Shown one piece after another: positions 1 to 8,753 of a stretch of DNA of 45,415 bases (position 1 is the first letter of the stretch; every line of letters begins with the position of its first letter). The position numbers and the translations under genes were made by a program. The stretch comes from Chloroflexota bacterium (lineage in GTDB: Bacteria; Chloroflexota; Anaerolineae; Anaerolineales; UBA4823): positions 1 through 45,415 of the forward strand of contig JAUWPO010000003.1 in assembly GCA_030611505.1 (NCBI GenBank), read 5' to 3'. The notes beneath the pieces were generated by a model. The model had not been told where the DNA came from, ran no database searches, and was given only the letters and a program-made list of their open reading frames with translations.

Positions 1-768
1 TCTAACAACAAGTATGCTTTGTTAGGCGCTTTTCGTACGGTAGCCCAGGTGATTTCTTACGAAGTGCCGATGTTGCTTGCATTACTAGTGCCCGTATTAC
101 TTGCCCGCACAATGTCAGTTCAGGGAATTGTACAAGAGCAGGAAATCTGGTATGTATTGATGGCTCCTGTATCAGCACTTATTTTTTTTCTCACTGGTAT
201 TGCAGAAATTGGACGCACACCATTTGATCTTCTCGAGGCAGAATCTGAAATTGTTGCGGGATTTCACATCGAGTACAGCGGGATGAAATTCGGGCTATTC
301 TACGCAGGAGAACTCCTGCATGCTTTGACTATAGGGGTTCTGTTTACAACGCTTTTCTTGGGTGGTTGGCGCGGCCCATTTGTGGAACAAGTTCCAATCT
401 TAGGAGTTGTCTATTTGTTTTTTAAAGGGTTTTTGGTTTATTTTGTCATTATGTGGATCCGGTACTCATTGCCTCGCATCCGTATTGACCATATGTTGAA
501 TCTCAATTGGAAGTTTCTTACTCCGCTGGCATTGGTTGCATTAATTGCTACGGCTCTTATGGACAAGATACTGATAAACGCTTCACCCCGAGGCTATGCT
601 GCTGGAATGTTGATCGTAAATATTGTGATCATATTGATTACTCTTACCATCCTACACACTTATGCCGTTATTAAACGAGAGAGAGTGGGAGAATATCGTC
701 CGACTGCAAATCCTGACGCTGCTATTTCTTCTAGAGATAAACCAACGGAGGTATCAACGTTAGTTTAA
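1..768 (+). CDS. nuoH: NADH-quinone oxidoreductase subunit H (5'-truncated by window edge)
   Basis: Frame 1 is open from base 1 (SNNKYALLGAFRTVAQVISYEVP). It has the NuoH/ND1 signatures AEIGRTPFDLLEAESEIVAGFHIEYSG and PRIRIDHML..WK, plus a C-terminal extension with an extra hydrophobic segment. Confidence 0.97.
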   Translation, partial: SNNKYALLGAFRTVAQVISYEVPMLLALLVPVLLARTMSVQGIVQEQEIWYVLMAPVSALIFFLTGIAEIGRTPFDLLEAESEIVAGFHIEYSGMKFGLFYAGELLHALTIGVLFTTLFLGGWRGPFVEQVPILGVVYLFFKGFLVYFVIMWIRYSLPRIRIDHMLNLNWKFLTPLALVALIATALMDKILINASPRGYAAGMLIVNIVIILITLTILHTYAVIKRERVGEYRPTANPDAAISSRDKPTEVSTLV

Positions 769-780
769 AATAGGACACTT

Positions 781-1290
781 ATGACATTTATTCAACTATT
801 TTTCATTTTCGCTGCTGCTGCAACTCTCGGTGCTGCTTTATTGGTTGTTACTTCTCGCAACCTGATCCATGCCGCATTATGGCTGATTGTGTCTTTGTTT
901 GGGGTTGCTGTTTTTTATGTAATTCTTAATGCCGGATTTTTGGCAATGGTTCAGGTGGTCGTATATATTGGCGCCATTGCCATTTTAATGATTTTCGCCA
1001 TAATGCTAACTCGGAAAGTATCTCAAGTTCCAAAGCCAGTCTTCAATTCAAATTGGATTTGGGCTTTGTTAATTGCAGTTGTGATGTTTGGATCAATGAC
1101 CTGGATTCTCAATATGTGGCCGCAATTTGAAGCGATACCCCCTGCTTTAGATCCATCCATTGACCCGCTACGCCAGTTGGGTGTAGCCTTGGTCTCTCCA
1201 GAGGCATATGTATTGCCCTTTGAATTAGCCTCTTTGCTCCTTCTAGCTGCGCTGATTGGTGCAATTGTCGTAGCTTGGGAAAGCAGGTAG
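781..1290 (+). CDS. nuoJ: NADH-quinone oxidoreductase subunit J
   Basis: Motifs A.FLAMVQVVVYIGAIAILMIFAIML and YVLPFELASLLLLAALIGAIVV; five hydrophobic segments; operon position. Confidence 0.96.
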   Translation: MTFIQLFFIFAAAATLGAALLVVTSRNLIHAALWLIVSLFGVAVFYVILNAGFLAMVQVVVYIGAIAILMIFAIMLTRKVSQVPKPVFNSNWIWALLIAVVMFGSMTWILNMWPQFEAIPPALDPSIDPLRQLGVALVSPEAYVLPFELASLLLLAALIGAIVVAWESR

Positions 1291-1299
1291 GAGCGTGTG

Positions 1300-1608
1300 A
1301 TGATCCCAATTTCATATTATTTAATTTTTGCAGCCGCACTCTTTTGCATCGGATTATTTGGGGTCTTAGCCCGTAGAAACGCGATCGCGATTTTAATGGG
1401 TATTGAGCTCATGCTTAATGCTGTGAACGTAAACCTTATCTCCTTTTGGCGGTATGCAACCCCAGAAAAAATAAATGGGCAGGTGTTTGCGGTCATTGTG
1501 TTCGCGGTTGCGGCTGCAGAAGTAGCTGTTGGTTTGGCAATATTCATATCAGTTTATCGCCGTCGTGGTACTGTTTCTGCTGACGAAATTGATTTGTTAA
1601 AGTGGTGA
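1300..1608 (+). CDS. nuoK: NADH-quinone oxidoreductase subunit K
   Basis: Motifs RRNAI.ILMGIELMLNAVNVN and VAAAEVAVGLAI with both conserved Glu. SD AGGAG at 1289-1293 favours ATG 1300 over GTG 1297. Confidence 0.97.
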   Translation: MIPISYYLIFAAALFCIGLFGVLARRNAIAILMGIELMLNAVNVNLISFWRYATPEKINGQVFAVIVFAVAAAEVAVGLAIFISVYRRRGTVSADEIDLLKW

Positions 1609-1656
1609 TAGTCAAAAAAGCCTTTCTTTGTAACACTGTTTGTTTAGGGATTTTCT

Positions 1657-3837
1657 ATGACAATTGAAACACTAATCTGGCTAATTCCACTTCCACCTTT
1701 ATTAGCATTTTTTATTATTATCCTGATCACTAACCGGAATAAAGGGCTCAGCCATACGATATCTGTAGGATCTGCAGTCCTATCTTGGATTGGCAGTATG
1801 GTGGTTGTTTGGGCTGCGATCAATTCAGAACACTTAGGATTGCACCCGTTTACTTCATACCTGCCGTGGTTTCCTACAGGTGATAACTGGTTTGTTATTG
1901 GTGTCCAAATTGACCCATTATCTGCGGGGACGCTCTTCTTTGTCGCCTGGACGATTCTGATGATCTTCATATACAGCGTTGGATACCATAATTTCGGTCA
2001 ACCTAATGGTGATCACGACCGGGCAGGTCTTCCACCTGATTGGGCGACGGTGTCCGATGTACATGGGCATTCGCATAAAGTCCCGTCGATAGAGCCCATG
2101 TATTCGCGCTTCTTTGCTTTCATTGGGTTATTTGCTTTTGGAATGTATCTTCTGGTTGTCACGGGAAACTTGTTAATCCTGTTCGTCGGGTGGGAAATAA
2201 TGGGTTTGTGTTCGTACCTATTGATCGGTTTTTGGTATGGAAAGCCTTCTGCTCGTGCAGCAATGATTAAAGCATTTATGACGACCCGGGTTGGCGATGT
2301 GTTTATGCTTTTAGGAATAGCATACCTTTATACAGCCACAGGCACTCTAAATTATCGCGAAATCTTTTACAACGAGGAAGTTCTGCATCAATTAGCGACT
2401 ACAGCCACAGGGATATTTGGGCTTTCTGTGGCGGGATTAATCGGTTTGTTGCTGTTTATTGGTGCAGTTGGCAAATCTGCCCAGTGGCCGTTGCACGTCT
2501 GGCTGCCGGATGCAATGGAAGGACCTACACCAGTTTCAGCAATGATCCATGCTGCTACGATGGTTTCTGCTGGTGTATATATGACAATCCGCATCTTCCC
2601 ATTGCTGTCCGCCGGTGCGGAACATGGTCAATTGACTCCGACGATGACCGTGATTGCGTTCATCGGTACGTTTACAGCCATATTCGCAGCCACAATTGCG
2701 ATCGCTCAAAATGATATCAAGAGAGTGCTGGCTTACTCGACGATATCTCAATTGGGCTTCATGTTTGCAGCGATAGGAATCGGCGCTTACGTTGCCGCAG
2801 CGTTTCACTTGATTATGCATGCCTTTTTCAAAGCGCTGTTATTTCTTGGCTCTGGTTCAGTGATCCACGGCATGGAACATGGTGTTCTGCACACCGGTGA
2901 GCACATTGACTCACAGGATATGTTCAATATGGGCGGTTTGCGAAAAAAAATGCCCATAACTTTCTGGACGTTTTTAATTGGTGGATTAGCACTCGCTGGG
3001 TTCCCCATCCTTACGGCAGGATTTTGGTCTAAGGATGAAATTTTTGCAGACGCGTTTGGGCATAACCATTGGGCCGTTTTTATTACTTTAGCATTTGCGG
3101 CGCTACTTACTGCATATTACACAATGCGCCAGATCACATTGACATTTCTTGGGAAACCGCGCACCCATGCTGCTGAGCATGCTCATGAAAGTAAGTGGAC
3201 GATGACGTTGCCTTTAGTGGTGTTGGCCGTTCTGTCAGTTATTGCTGGCTGGGTGGGTATCCCTGAAGATTTCCCCGCTCTAGGTGGCACAATACCCAAC
3301 TTTATGCATGAATTCGTAGGTGAAACGCTATTAGAGCACCCCGAAATGGTTGTGTTCAGCTACATTCCTTTGCTGACATCACTGGTTGTTTCGTTGGGCG
3401 GTCTAACTTTGGGTTGGCTGGTTTATCGTGACATCAAAGTTGGTGCCTTCGATCCAGCGCAGAAAGCGCTTGGACCCTTGTATACGGTGTTGAAGAAGGG
3501 ATATTACTTTGATGAGTTGTACGATTTCTTGTTTGTGCGACCATCTTATTGGTTGGCTAGAAATTTCGCCTATTTGTGGATGGATCACAAGGTGATCGAT
3601 GGCATCATCAATGGGGTTGGTCATATTGCGGGTCTCATAGGAGATTTTCTCCGAAACTTTATAGACAAACCGATAATCAATGGTTTCGGTGATTGGGTTG
3701 GTGAAACGACCAAGAAATTGGGTTTTCTATTCCGCTCCATCCAGACCGGTCGTGTACAACAGTACATGATAATAGCACTGGTAAGCATGATGGCGTTTAG
3801 CGCAATTTTTTATTATCTGCTCGTTTTCACTCGTTAG
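1657..3837 (+). CDS. nuoL: NADH-quinone oxidoreductase subunit L (elongated, 2M type)
   Basis: Motifs WEIMGLCSYLLIGFW, GKSAQWPLHVWLPDAMEGPTPVSA, HAFFKALLFLGSGSVIH and QTGRVQQY. 726 aa with two insertions (see findings). Confidence 0.97.
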   Translation: MTIETLIWLIPLPPLLAFFIIILITNRNKGLSHTISVGSAVLSWIGSMVVVWAAINSEHLGLHPFTSYLPWFPTGDNWFVIGVQIDPLSAGTLFFVAWTILMIFIYSVGYHNFGQPNGDHDRAGLPPDWATVSDVHGHSHKVPSIEPMYSRFFAFIGLFAFGMYLLVVTGNLLILFVGWEIMGLCSYLLIGFWYGKPSARAAMIKAFMTTRVGDVFMLLGIAYLYTATGTLNYREIFYNEEVLHQLATTATGIFGLSVAGLIGLLLFIGAVGKSAQWPLHVWLPDAMEGPTPVSAMIHAATMVSAGVYMTIRIFPLLSAGAEHGQLTPTMTVIAFIGTFTAIFAATIAIAQNDIKRVLAYSTISQLGFMFAAIGIGAYVAAAFHLIMHAFFKALLFLGSGSVIHGMEHGVLHTGEHIDSQDMFNMGGLRKKMPITFWTFLIGGLALAGFPILTAGFWSKDEIFADAFGHNHWAVFITLAFAALLTAYYTMRQITLTFLGKPRTHAAEHAHESKWTMTLPLVVLAVLSVIAGWVGIPEDFPALGGTIPNFMHEFVGETLLEHPEMVVFSYIPLLTSLVVSLGGLTLGWLVYRDIKVGAFDPAQKALGPLYTVLKKGYYFDELYDFLFVRPSYWLARNFAYLWMDHKVIDGIINGVGHIAGLIGDFLRNFIDKPIINGFGDWVGETTKKLGFLFRSIQTGRVQQYMIIALVSMMAFSAIFYYLLVFTR

Positions 3838-3877
3838 GATGACAGACGTTGAAAAAATACAATCTTAGGAAAAAGAA

Positions 3878-5425
3878 ATGGATTTCATCCTAAATCACTT
3901 GCTAACGCTCATTTTGTTTTTTCCTGTATTGGCAGCATTAATTCTTTTTATACTGCCAAGCGAGCTCAAAATTCTCCAACGTTGGACGGCGTTTGTATTA
4001 TCCATTATCCCCCTGATCCTTTCGTTGGTACTGTGGTTTAACTTCAAGTCAGGGGAACCAGGATTCCAGTTTCAAGAGATTTATACCTGGTATAGCCCAA
4101 TCAACGCTTCATATCACGTAGGTGTAGATGGTATCTCGCTGATATTGGTATTACTTACTACACTGCTGACTCCATTGGCAATATTAACATCATTTACCAT
4201 CACGGATCGAATCAAAGCATATATGATCCTGTTCTTCTTATTAGAACTGGGTATGTTAGGAGTGTTCATGACTCTTGACTTACTGCTGTTCTTCGTTTTT
4301 TGGGAATTTGGTCTCGTCCCCATGTATTTCCTGATAAACCAGTGGGGCAGCGAAAAAGGAGAGCGCGAAATTTGGGGAGGGAGAAGGATAAAATCGCGAA
4401 CATACGCATCCTACAAATTTATTTTATTCACCATGACCGGCTCGTTGGGTCTTTTATTAGCAATCCAATTGATTGGCGTTACTGCAGGGACGTTTGACCT
4501 GGTTTTACTTACAGAGCGATGGGTATCACTGGATACCTCTTTATTCAATATTCCAGTTCATACGGTAAAAACAATAGCATTCTGGGCATTTGTTATCGCT
4601 TTTGCTGTCAAAGTCCCTGTATGGCCATTCCACACCTGGCTGCCGGATGCGCATACAGAAGCCCCAACCGCTGGCTCTATGATCCTGGCAGGTGTACTGC
4701 TTAAGCTCGGTGCTTACGGCTTCCTCAGATTAGTCTTACCGCTTTACCCCCAGGAATCTAAATACTTCGCAGGTGCTTTAGCTTTTCTTGCAGTGGTGTC
4801 AATCATTCACGGAGCTCTTGCAGCATATGGACAAACCGATTTTAAACGACTGGTAGCGTATTCATCGGTAAACCACATGGGCTTTGTCGTTCTGGGCATT
4901 GCCGCAGCAGCATTTGCAGTGGGTACACAGAATGCCACAATTGCGTTGGAAGGTGTCGTATTACAGATGTTCAATCATGGTCTGTCGGCAGCCGGCATGT
5001 TCTTCCTCGTTGGTGTTATTTACGATCGTACCCATACTCGCGACCTGAGTGAATTTGGTGGTTTTTTCCCCTTAATACCTGTATATGGTGGAATTCTTAT
5101 ATTCACTTCCATGGCATCCTTAGGACTGCCGGGTCTTAATGGTTTTATTTCTGAATTCCTGGTTGTGAGAGGAGCATGGCCCGTATTTACCATTTATACG
5201 GCTCTGGCGATGATTGGTCTGTTCTTTACGGGTGCATATATTCTCAAGGGGATAAAGATGACACTCCACGGCCCTCTCAATACTCGTTGGGTTGGACGTT
5301 TAACCGAAATCAATGGGCGTGAATTGTTAGTGATCATCCCATTGATGATATTAATGTTGTGGATTGGCGTTTGGCCGGCATGGATATTAGGAGTTATCAA
5401 TAAAGCAGTCATGACTTTATATTAA
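3878..5425 (+). CDS. nuoM: NADH-quinone oxidoreductase subunit M, copy 1 (canonical type)
   Basis: Motifs WEFGLVPMY, FAVKVPVWPFHTWLPDAHTEAP, LLKLGAYG, KRLVAYSSVNHMG and LPGLNGFISEF. Confidence 0.95.
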   Translation: MDFILNHLLTLILFFPVLAALILFILPSELKILQRWTAFVLSIIPLILSLVLWFNFKSGEPGFQFQEIYTWYSPINASYHVGVDGISLILVLLTTLLTPLAILTSFTITDRIKAYMILFFLLELGMLGVFMTLDLLLFFVFWEFGLVPMYFLINQWGSEKGEREIWGGRRIKSRTYASYKFILFTMTGSLGLLLAIQLIGVTAGTFDLVLLTERWVSLDTSLFNIPVHTVKTIAFWAFVIAFAVKVPVWPFHTWLPDAHTEAPTAGSMILAGVLLKLGAYGFLRLVLPLYPQESKYFAGALAFLAVVSIIHGALAAYGQTDFKRLVAYSSVNHMGFVVLGIAAAAFAVGTQNATIALEGVVLQMFNHGLSAAGMFFLVGVIYDRTHTRDLSEFGGFFPLIPVYGGILIFTSMASLGLPGLNGFISEFLVVRGAWPVFTIYTALAMIGLFFTGAYILKGIKMTLHGPLNTRWVGRLTEINGRELLVIIPLMILMLWIGVWPAWILGVINKAVMTLY

Positions 5426-5470
5426 GCAAATTCGTACCACGTGCCTTATTCCACGTGAACGAGGAAACCA

Positions 5471-6943
5471 ATGCAATTTCCGATTTTGACCTTTATCGTT
5501 TTTACCCCTATGGCAGCTGGATTGCTGATTCTCTTGATCCCGGGAGAGCGAAAAAGGGAAGTGCGTGTCGCCGCCCTGGCAGCTGGGATAATCGCTCTAG
5601 TCCTGACTGTTTGGTTGTATTTCTCCTACGACGTTGCTGCCGGTGGATATCAGTTTGTTGAAAATTATCCCTGGCTTCCGGCTTTAGGAATATCCTATCA
5701 AGTTGGGGTGGATGGGATGAACACCCCTCTTGTTTTACTGACAGGCGTGGTAATGTTCACGGGTGTGTTGATTTCCTGGAACATCGATGATCGTCCACGA
5801 GAGTTCTTCTTCTTTTTATTTCTACTCGCCACGGGTGTATTTGGTGTTTTTGTTGCCTTAGATTTGTTTATGTTGATTTTTTTCTATGAGATCGCAGTAT
5901 TCCCAATGTACTTGCTGATAGCAATTTGGGGTTGGAAAGTCACTCGTGAATACGCCGCTATGAAGCTGACTCTATATCTCTTTATCGGTTCAGTAATTGC
6001 ATTAATTGGCATACTTGCCATGTATTTCGCCTCCGGGCTAGGCACATTTAATATGCTTGCCCTTGAGGGTGCCGGATTTTCTACAACCTTCCAGAAAATT
6101 TGGTTTCCATTCGTTTTCTTCGGTTTCGCGGTTCTGGGAGGCATCTTCCCTTTCCACAATTGGAGCCCTGACGGGCATGTAGCAGCTCCCACAGCCGTAT
6201 CAATGTTCCATGCAGGTGTGCTGATGAAGTTAGGTGCCTTCGCAGCTTTGCGAGTGGGAATTATGTTAATGCCAGAGGGTGCCAAATTTCACATGCCATG
6301 GATAATATTATTGACCCTCGTGAATGTTGTCTATGGAGCATTCATAGCTTCTGTTCAATCTGATTTCAAGTACGTGATCGGTTTTTCTTCTGTTTCTCAT
6401 ATGGGTCTGGTATTAATGGGTTTTGCAACCCTAAATAGAGATGGATTCTTAGGCGCTGGCGTGCAGATGTTTTCACACGGTGTCATGACAGCACTATTCT
6501 TTGCTGTTGTCGGGTTGGTTTACGACCAAGTTCATACCAGAGAAATACCTTCTTTAGGTGGCTTAAGCAAGGTGATGCCCCTTGTTGCTGTAGCATTTAT
6601 TGTTGGCGGTTTAGTATCGATGGGTATGCCTGGTTTTTCGGGTTTTATTGCGGAGTTTCCCATATTCATGGGCCTTTGGAGAGATAATCCATTGATCGCG
6701 ATCATCGCAGCTATCTCGATCGTAATCACTGCTTCCTATATTTTTCGTATAGTGGGACAGGTTTTCTTCGGCAAAATCCCTGACAAATTCAAAGATCATG
6801 TTCACGATATCAAAGCGTTTGATAAGATCGCCCTCGTTTTTCTTTCAATCATCTTGATCATTGTGGGTATATATCCTTCAATATTGGTTCCCCTTGTCGA
6901 TTCTGGTGTTAATAATGTGCTGCGCCTTCTGGGAGGTGCGTAA
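5471..6943 (+). CDS. nuoM: NADH-quinone oxidoreductase subunit M, copy 2 (divergent type)
   Basis: Motifs GVDG, YEIAVFPMY, FPFHNWSPDGHVAAP, LMKLGAF, SSVSHMG and MPGFSGFIAEF. SD GAGGA upstream. Confidence 0.93.
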   Translation: MQFPILTFIVFTPMAAGLLILLIPGERKREVRVAALAAGIIALVLTVWLYFSYDVAAGGYQFVENYPWLPALGISYQVGVDGMNTPLVLLTGVVMFTGVLISWNIDDRPREFFFFLFLLATGVFGVFVALDLFMLIFFYEIAVFPMYLLIAIWGWKVTREYAAMKLTLYLFIGSVIALIGILAMYFASGLGTFNMLALEGAGFSTTFQKIWFPFVFFGFAVLGGIFPFHNWSPDGHVAAPTAVSMFHAGVLMKLGAFAALRVGIMLMPEGAKFHMPWIILLTLVNVVYGAFIASVQSDFKYVIGFSSVSHMGLVLMGFATLNRDGFLGAGVQMFSHGVMTALFFAVVGLVYDQVHTREIPSLGGLSKVMPLVAVAFIVGGLVSMGMPGFSGFIAEFPIFMGLWRDNPLIAIIAAISIVITASYIFRIVGQVFFGKIPDKFKDHVHDIKAFDKIALVFLSIILIIVGIYPSILVPLVDSGVNNVLRLLGGA

Positions 6944-6945
6944 AT

Positions 6946-8388
6946 ATGATCTTAAACGCCTCAATGTTTCTTCCAATACTGCCTGAGATTCTACTGGTCG
7001 CCTTAGGCGCAGTGGTGCTCATTTTGGATTTGGTCCTTCCCAAAAAGCAGCACAGAAACATTGGCTGGGTAACTGCTGCAGGTATGGGGGTGATCCTACT
7101 ACTCAGCATACCTGCTCGACCTGAAACTGAGCCCAGCCTGGTTTGGGGTGGAATGCTGCGTCATGATTGGTTGGGGTTTTCCTTTACAATGCTTTTCATC
7201 TTTGGCGCTGGCATAACAGCACTTTTTGCGATGGATTTCAAGAAACTGGGGCACAGGGGCGAGTTTTATCTCTTAATGATCGTTTCTACGATCGGTATGG
7301 CTCTAATGGTTTCTGCTGCAGATTTGGTTATGCTCTATCTCGCCATCGAGACGACGGCGATTCCGCTATACATCTTGGCTGGCTTTTTCATCCGGGATGA
7401 TAAGTCGACAGAAGCAGGTTTCAAGTACTTTCTTTTCGGTGCAATGACTTCGGCAATAATGTTATATGGTTTTAGCCTATTATTTGGATTTGCAGGAACA
7501 ACTAATATTTACCAGATCGCTCAAAGTGTGCGGGAGGGTGGCTTGCCTGCTGGTGCTCTAATAGGAAGCATGTTGCTAGTGTTGGTAGGATTTAGCTTTA
7601 AGATTGCTGGAGTGCCATTTCATTTTTGGTCCCCAGATGTGTACGAAGGATCACCGACACCTGTAGCGGGCTTTCTATCAACAGCGTCAAAAGCAGCAGG
7701 GTTCGTGGTACTCTTACGGTTTATGATGGTCGTCTTTCCTGATATTACATTACAGTGGGGAGCAGTGATCACGGCGATGTCCGTAGCGACTATGACATTA
7801 GGCAATTTATTGGCTTTGACGCAAAAGAATATAAAACGTATGCTCGCATATTCATCAATCGCACATGCAGGTTATGCTTTAATCGGTGTGGCGGTGATTT
7901 CACAAGTCGGTGTTAGCAGTATGGTCTATTACTTGATCGTATATCTGGTCACGAACCTGGCTGCTTTCGGTATTGTGGCTTCGTGCGGTAGGATCACCGG
8001 TTCGGATGAGATGACAGCTTATTACGGGATGAGTCGCCGTTCACCCTGGCTGGCGCTTGCTTTGCTAGTTGCCCTACTTTCATTAGCTGGGATGCCGCCC
8101 CTGGGTGGATTTGTTGCCAAGTTTTTTGTGTTCGCAGCCGCAGTGGACGCAAATATGATATGGTTAGCGGTGATCGGTGTGCTAAACGCTATTATCGGTA
8201 TGTACTATTATCTAACGGTGCTCAAATATGTATACCTATACAGATCGGAAGATGAAGAGAAACCCCTGCTAGTAACTCGCCCTCAGAAATTGGCTATTAC
8301 GGTTTTAACAGTCGGGATAATATTGATCGGTACAGTCCTCGTTCCTTGGTTCAATTGGGCTACAACAGCAGCAGCCTCTGTTTTTTGA
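6946..8388 (+). CDS. nuoN: NADH-quinone oxidoreductase subunit N
   Basis: Motifs GEFYLL, STEAGFKYFLFG, FKIAGVPFHFWSPDVYEGSPTP, KRMLAYSSIAHAGY and GMPPLGGFVAKF. Confidence 0.97.
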   Translation: MILNASMFLPILPEILLVALGAVVLILDLVLPKKQHRNIGWVTAAGMGVILLLSIPARPETEPSLVWGGMLRHDWLGFSFTMLFIFGAGITALFAMDFKKLGHRGEFYLLMIVSTIGMALMVSAADLVMLYLAIETTAIPLYILAGFFIRDDKSTEAGFKYFLFGAMTSAIMLYGFSLLFGFAGTTNIYQIAQSVREGGLPAGALIGSMLLVLVGFSFKIAGVPFHFWSPDVYEGSPTPVAGFLSTASKAAGFVVLLRFMMVVFPDITLQWGAVITAMSVATMTLGNLLALTQKNIKRMLAYSSIAHAGYALIGVAVISQVGVSSMVYYLIVYLVTNLAAFGIVASCGRITGSDEMTAYYGMSRRSPWLALALLVALLSLAGMPPLGGFVAKFFVFAAAVDANMIWLAVIGVLNAIIGMYYYLTVLKYVYLYRSEDEEKPLLVTRPQKLAITVLTVGIILIGTVLVPWFNWATTAAASVF

Positions 8389-8405
8389 TATATAATGCCA
8401 ATTTA

Positions 8406-8435
8406 TTGACGGCATTTAGATGCTTATGATACAAT
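8406..8435 (+). promoter_or_regulatory. Sigma70-type promoter for the Fo operon
   Basis: TTGACG (8406-8411), an 18-nt spacer, and extended TGaTACAAT (8427-8435). It lies 9 nt before ATG 8445 with no SD. Confidence 0.65.
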
Positions 8436-8444
8436 TCTCCAACC

Positions 8445-8753
8445 ATGAGTCCAACCAATGAGAGATCCAGCAAAACCCGTGCTACGTATGCTTTGAATCT
8501 CACACTTGCAGCGGTGGTTGGTCAGGTGGGCTGCCTAACTTCTGTGATTGTTTTGGCAGCCCTTTTTGGCGGATTATGGTTGGATAGCCGCTTCAGTACT
8601 AAACCTATGATCACAATAGTATTAATCGGTATCAGCGTTCCAATTACCCTATTCGCAATGATATGGGTAGTGAAAAAAGCTACCTCTCGAATAAAAACAG
8701 ATGGTGAGCAGAATCCACAACCTTCGATGAAGGAGGAGCTCATAAGTGAATAA
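8445..8753 (+). CDS. AtpZ/AtpI-family ('ATPase gene 1') membrane protein
   Basis: Two TM segments with the GG.WLD..F.T.P pattern typical of the family; lies directly before atpB and overlaps it. Confidence 0.85.
   Translation: MSPTNERSSKTRATYALNLTLAAVVGQVGCLTSVIVLAALFGGLWLDSRFSTKPMITIVLIGISVPITLFAMIWVVKKATSRIKTDGEQNPQPSMKEELISE

Noticed and set aside
1109-7805. Many 60-133 aa antisense or alternate-frame ORFs within nuo genes
   Set aside because: They overlap well-supported genes and have no SD or motifs.
1657-8388. Calling L/M/M/N an Mrp antiporter or hydrogenase membrane arm
   Set aside because: The genes follow nuoH-J-K with complex I-specific motifs, and no mrpE/F/G is present.
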